Shown piece after piece: positions 60,264 through 64,000 of a stretch of 64,000 nt of DNA. Below the pieces are notes generated by a model, which saw only the letters and a program-made list of their open reading frames with translations, made no database searches and was not told the origin of the DNA. The number at the start of each line of letters is the position of its first letter. Within the stretch, counting starts at the first letter, position 1. Source of the stretch: a bacterium (GTDB taxonomy: Bacteria > UBA8248); NCBI GenBank assembly GCA_965204535.1, contig CBDBEV010000001.1:1216001-1280000 (forward strand), given 5' to 3'. The position numbers were made by a program, and so were the translations under genes.

Positions 60264-61154
60264 TCACTCTTCGCGCTGATTCATCCCCGCGCCTTTTTCG
60301 AAAAACTCCAGAATGGCGTTCTGGTCCGCGTCCCCGTGGCCCAGGGCCGCCGCGCCCATATAGACCTGCCGCGCCATCGTCCCCAGCGGAATCGGCGTCC
60401 CGACGCCGTCAGCCATCGCCGCGATGATGCGCAGATCCTTGAGCATCAGGTTCACCGTGAAGGTGGGCGAATAGTCCTTGGCGATCATCGGCGAGGCCTT
60501 GTATTCGAGAATCTTCGGAATGACGCTCGCCTTCAGGAACTCGACCATCTGCTCGGGGTCGAGGCCCCCCTTCGTCCCCATGGTGAGCGCCTCGGCGATG
60601 GCGGAGATGTGGATCGCGAAGATGTGGTTCGTCACCAGCTTCATCTGGAGGCCCGCCCCGTTCGCGCCGAAATAGTGGATCGAGGCGCTGAAGGCCTCCA
60701 AAACGTCGCGGTGGGCTTCGAGCGAGGCCTCATCGCCCCCCGCCATGATGGCGAGGGTGCCCGCTTTCGCGTGGGGCACGCTCCCGCTCACGGGGGTATC
60801 CAGAAACCGGACGCCTTGTTTTTCCGCTTCCGCCGCCAGGTCCTGGCTGCCCTCGACCGTCAGGGTGGACAGGTCGAAGCATACCGCGCCTTGGGATGCG
60901 GTGGTGAGTGCGCCGGTCTCTCCGAGATAGGCTTCTCTCGCGTGCTCGACCTCGGGCACCGAACTGCAAATCACTTCCGCGCCTGTGGCGGCTTCCGCCG
61001 CCGTCTCGAAGACGGTAAGGCCTGCCGAGGCCGCCCGTTCGCGCGTGGCGGGGACGGGGTCGAAGCCACGAACGTCGAAGCCCGCCTTCACCAGATTTTC
61101 CGACATGCCGGATCCCATGTTGCCCAGACCCAGGAAAGCAACCACTTTCGCCAT
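60264..61154 (-). CDS. Beta-hydroxyacid dehydrogenase (3-hydroxyisobutyrate dehydrogenase family)
   Basis: FLGLGNMG, DTPVSG, catalytic MKLVTN and LMLKDL. Confidence 0.88.
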   Translation of the reverse strand: MAKVVAFLGLGNMGSGMSENLVKAGFDVRGFDPVPATRERAASAGLTVFETAAEAATGAEVICSSVPEVEHAREAYLGETGALTTASQGAVCFDLSTLTVEGSQDLAAEAEKQGVRFLDTPVSGSVPHAKAGTLAIMAGGDEASLEAHRDVLEAFSASIHYFGANGAGLQMKLVTNHIFAIHISAIAEALTMGTKGGLDPEQMVEFLKASVIPKILEYKASPMIAKDYSPTFTVNLMLKDLRIIAAMADGVGTPIPLGTMARQVYMGAAALGHGDADQNAILEFFEKGAGMNQREE

Positions 61155-61287
61155 TTTGCATTACTCCTGTTGAATATGGCGTCACGCGACGCCCGCGTTT
61201 GCGAATCGGTGGACAGGCCAATCTCGCAAAAAAATCAGGAGAGGCGTCCCCCGTCTCGTGTGGGGTATGTGCCTGCTCCTATGAAAA

Positions 61288-62193
61288 TTATTTTCTTTTC
61301 GGCTTCATTCCCGCGGCGTTCAGGAAAGCCTCGAAGACGGCGTTCAAGTCCGCGTGTTCGAGTCCGAGCGCCATGGCGGAGGTATGCTGCTGCCGCGCGG
61401 CGGCGCCCAAGGGAACGGGCACGCCCAGATCGTTCGCCTCGTTGACGCTGATTCCCATATCCTTGTAGCTGAGGCCCAGATTCCCGATGACATTGGAATA
61501 ATCGCGCGCCGCCATCTCGGGGCCTTTGTAGTGGATCAGGTCCGGAATCACGCTCTCCTGCAAAAATTTCATCATTTTCCGGGCCGTGAGTCCCGCCTTC
61601 ACTCCGAACGCCAGACCCTCGGCCATGCCGGCGTGCTGGATGAAGATGATGTGGTTCGACACCAGTTTCATGAGCAGGCCGTTTCCGGTTTTTCCCATGT
61701 AGGTGATCGACTTGCTGAAAGCGTCGAGCACATCGCGGTGTTCCTTGAGGGCGGACTCGTCTCCGCCCACGATGGCTGAGATTTCCTTTTGCTCCAGGTG
61801 CGGAACGCTTCCGAGCACGGGAGCGTCCAGAAAGGCGATTCTCTTCTTCCTGGCCTCTACCGCGATCTCTTTCGCGAGGGCGACGCTGCTCGTCGAAAGC
61901 TCGAAGCAAACAGCGCCGCGCCGCATCGCCTTGAGCGCGCCGCCTTCGCCCAGGTAGACGTCTCTCACGATGTCGGTCTTGGGGAGCGAACTGCACACCA
62001 CGTCTGCGCCCTTCACCGCCGCTGCGACGGTTCTCGCGATTTTGACGCCGTTTTTCTTCGCATCGGAGGCGGCTTTTGGCGCAGGATCGTAGCCCGTGAC
62101 GTCGAAGCCCGCGTCAACCAGGTGCTTCGCCATCAACCCGCCCATACGGCCCAGACCCAGGAACGCGATTTTTTTCTTTGCCTTGCGCGCCAT
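61288..62193 (-). CDS. Beta-hydroxyacid dehydrogenase paralog
   Basis: FLGLGRMG, DAPVLG and MKLVSN. Confidence 0.88.
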   Translation of the reverse strand: MARKAKKKIAFLGLGRMGGLMAKHLVDAGFDVTGYDPAPKAASDAKKNGVKIARTVAAAVKGADVVCSSLPKTDIVRDVYLGEGGALKAMRRGAVCFELSTSSVALAKEIAVEARKKRIAFLDAPVLGSVPHLEQKEISAIVGGDESALKEHRDVLDAFSKSITYMGKTGNGLLMKLVSNHIIFIQHAGMAEGLAFGVKAGLTARKMMKFLQESVIPDLIHYKGPEMAARDYSNVIGNLGLSYKDMGISVNEANDLGVPVPLGAAARQQHTSAMALGLEHADLNAVFEAFLNAAGMKPKRK

Positions 62194-62266
62194 ATCTTCA
62201 GGCTCCTGTGATCGGATGCGCCATGGCACACCGTCTATCCGGGCGTTTCTGATGCCTCGGTAACAT

Positions 62267-63172
62267 TTACTTTCTCTTCGGCCTCGTTCCCATGGCGTTC
62301 AGGAACGACTCGAAGACCGCGTTGAAATCCGCATCTTCGAGGCCGAGCGCCATGGCGGAGGTGTATTGCTGCCGCGCGGCGGCGCCCAGGGGAACGGGTG
62401 CGCCCAAGTCGTTCGCCTCGTTGATGCTGAGCCCGAGATCCTTGAAGCTTATCCCCAGGTTCGCGATGACGTCGGAATAATCGCGCGCCGCCATCGTCGT
62501 GCCCTTGTAGTGGATGAGCAGGGGAATCACGCTGCCTTGTAAGAATTTCATCATTTTGGGCGCCGTCAGCCCCGCCTTCATCCCGAACGCCAGGCCCTCG
62601 GCCATGCCGGAGTGGTGGATGTTCAGGATGTGGTTCGTCACCAGCTTCATGATCAGGCCGTTGCCGGATTTCCCCATGTAGGTGATGGACTTGCTGAAGG
62701 CGTCGAGCACGTCGCGGTGTTCCTTGAGCGCGGCCTGGTCTCCGCCCACGATGGCGGCGACTTCCTTGCGCTCCAGGTGCGGAATGCTTCCGCTGACGGG
62801 CGCGTCCAGAAAGGCGATCCCCTTTTTCTTGGCCGCCTCCGCGACCTCTTTCGCCAGGCTGACGGTGCTCGTCGAAAGCTCGAAACAGACGGCGCCGCGC
62901 CGCGCCGTCTCGAGCACGCCCTTGGAACCCAAGTAGACGTCTCTCACGACGGCGGGCGAGGGGAGCGAACTGCACACCACGTCGGCGCCCTTCACCGCTG
63001 CTGCGACGGTTCTCGCGGTTTTGGCGCCGTTTTTCTTCGCAGTAGCGATGGCTTTCGCTGAGGGATCGTAGCCCGTGACCGGGAAACCGGCGTCGACCAG
63101 GTGTTTCGCCATCAATCCGCCCATGCGGCCCAGACCCAGGAATGCGATTTTTTTCGTTGCCTTGCGCGCCAT
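62267..63172 (-). CDS. Beta-hydroxyacid dehydrogenase paralog (close duplicate of 61288-62193)
   Basis: FLGLGRMG, DAPVSG and MKLVTN. Confidence 0.88.
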   Translation of the reverse strand: MARKATKKIAFLGLGRMGGLMAKHLVDAGFPVTGYDPSAKAIATAKKNGAKTARTVAAAVKGADVVCSSLPSPAVVRDVYLGSKGVLETARRGAVCFELSTSTVSLAKEVAEAAKKKGIAFLDAPVSGSIPHLERKEVAAIVGGDQAALKEHRDVLDAFSKSITYMGKSGNGLIMKLVTNHILNIHHSGMAEGLAFGMKAGLTAPKMMKFLQGSVIPLLIHYKGTTMAARDYSDVIANLGISFKDLGLSINEANDLGAPVPLGAAARQQYTSAMALGLEDADFNAVFESFLNAMGTRPKRK

Positions 63173-63181
63173 TTTTCTCTC

Positions 63182-64000
63182 CTATCTTTCGATCCCGAGC
63201 AGTTTCAGGGGGTTGTCCACGAGTATTCTTTCTCGAACGCTCTCATCCGGCGCCCAGTCGAGCAGTTGATCCAGCAAGTCGCCGTCGTTCGGCATCGGTA
63301 TTTTGCAAGCGGGGTGTGGCCAGTCCGTGCCCCAGATGATGCGCTCGGGCGCTGCTTCGATGAGCGCGCGGGCGACGGGGTCGACATCCGAGTAGGGGGT
63401 CTGCTTAAGGCCCGTAATGCGGTATGCACCCGTGAGTTTCACCCAAGTTCGGCCCTCTTTGAGCAAGTCCATGAATTCCTGGAGTGGCCCCAGACCCTCG
63501 GCCGCCGGGACGTAGCCCATGTGCCCGAAAACGCTGTGAGCGGGGAGGGCGGAGAAGGTTTTCCTGAGATCGGGGAATTCATGAACGTGGATGAGGAACT
63601 CCATGTGCCAGCCCATGTCCTCGATGCGTTCGCCCATCGCCTGAACGTCTGCGAACGAGTCGAAGGGATTCCCGCCCTTGTCCGCCAGATTGATGCGTAA
63701 GCCGCGAACACCCGCCTCGTGAAGGCGCGTCAACTCCGCCTCGCTCACCTCCTTGTCCACGGAGGCCACGCCCATGAGCCGCCCGCCCGAGCGGGCCATG
63801 GCGTCGAGCATGGCGGTGTTGTCGACCCCGTAGACGCTCGGCTGGGTGAGGACGCCGCGCGCCACGCCGAGCGTACGGTGGAGGGTTTCATACGCATCGA
63901 GCAGGGCGTCGGGAGGCGTGTAGCCCCTTCTGGGGGAATAAGCGTATTTACTCTCGGGACCGAAGATGTGTCCGTGGGTGTCCCAGGCGCCGGCGGGGAG
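63182..64000 (-). CDS. Amidohydrolase, 2-pyrone-4,6-dicarboxylate lactonase (LigI)-like (5' truncated by window)
   Basis: WDTHGHIFGP near the window end; QPSVYGVDN, GVRGLRIN, WVKLTG and WGTDWPH motifs. Confidence 0.82.
   Translation of the reverse strand, partial: LPAGAWDTHGHIFGPESKYAYSPRRGYTPPDALLDAYETLHRTLGVARGVLTQPSVYGVDNTAMLDAMARSGGRLMGVASVDKEVSEAELTRLHEAGVRGLRINLADKGGNPFDSFADVQAMGERIEDMGWHMEFLIHVHEFPDLRKTFSALPAHSVFGHMGYVPAAEGLGPLQEFMDLLKEGRTWVKLTGAYRITGLKQTPYSDVDPVARALIEAAPERIIWGTDWPHPACKIPMPNDGDLLDQLLDWAPDESVRERILVDNPLKLLGIER

Overview
GC-rich bacterial chromosome segment. The gene content suggests an uncultured, possibly host-associated lineage; this is inference only. It carries: a catabolic cluster (partial cysteine synthase, liv-type ABC transporter, an AhpD/CMD protein with an in-frame UGA and SECIS-like hairpin, a three-subunit xanthine-dehydrogenase-family molybdoenzyme, an Sdh/Frd-like flavoprotein); a surface lipoprotein with a long structured leader; a corrinoid uptake operon behind two cobalamin riboswitches; many hydrolases and oxidoreductases; a HicA/DUF1902 toxin-antitoxin islet; and tRNA-Arg(CCG) with an adjacent low-GC islet. 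Most intergenic spaces between about 11.7 and 52 kb are mosaics of at least four REP-like palindrome families, often bracketed by IS1182-like termini. The densest cluster of one family (CCCCCCTACCCCCCCTTGTCAGGGGGG) surrounds a stand-alone DUF559 endonuclease gene. Two IS1182 elements sit exactly in the hairpin loops of that repeat, and one is interrupted by a third IS1182 with a 10-bp duplication. The best candidates for new biology are the DUF559/REP/IS1182-MITE system, the selenoprotein, and the structured RNAs around the lipoprotein gene. Family assignments are by motif recognition only; no database searches were run.
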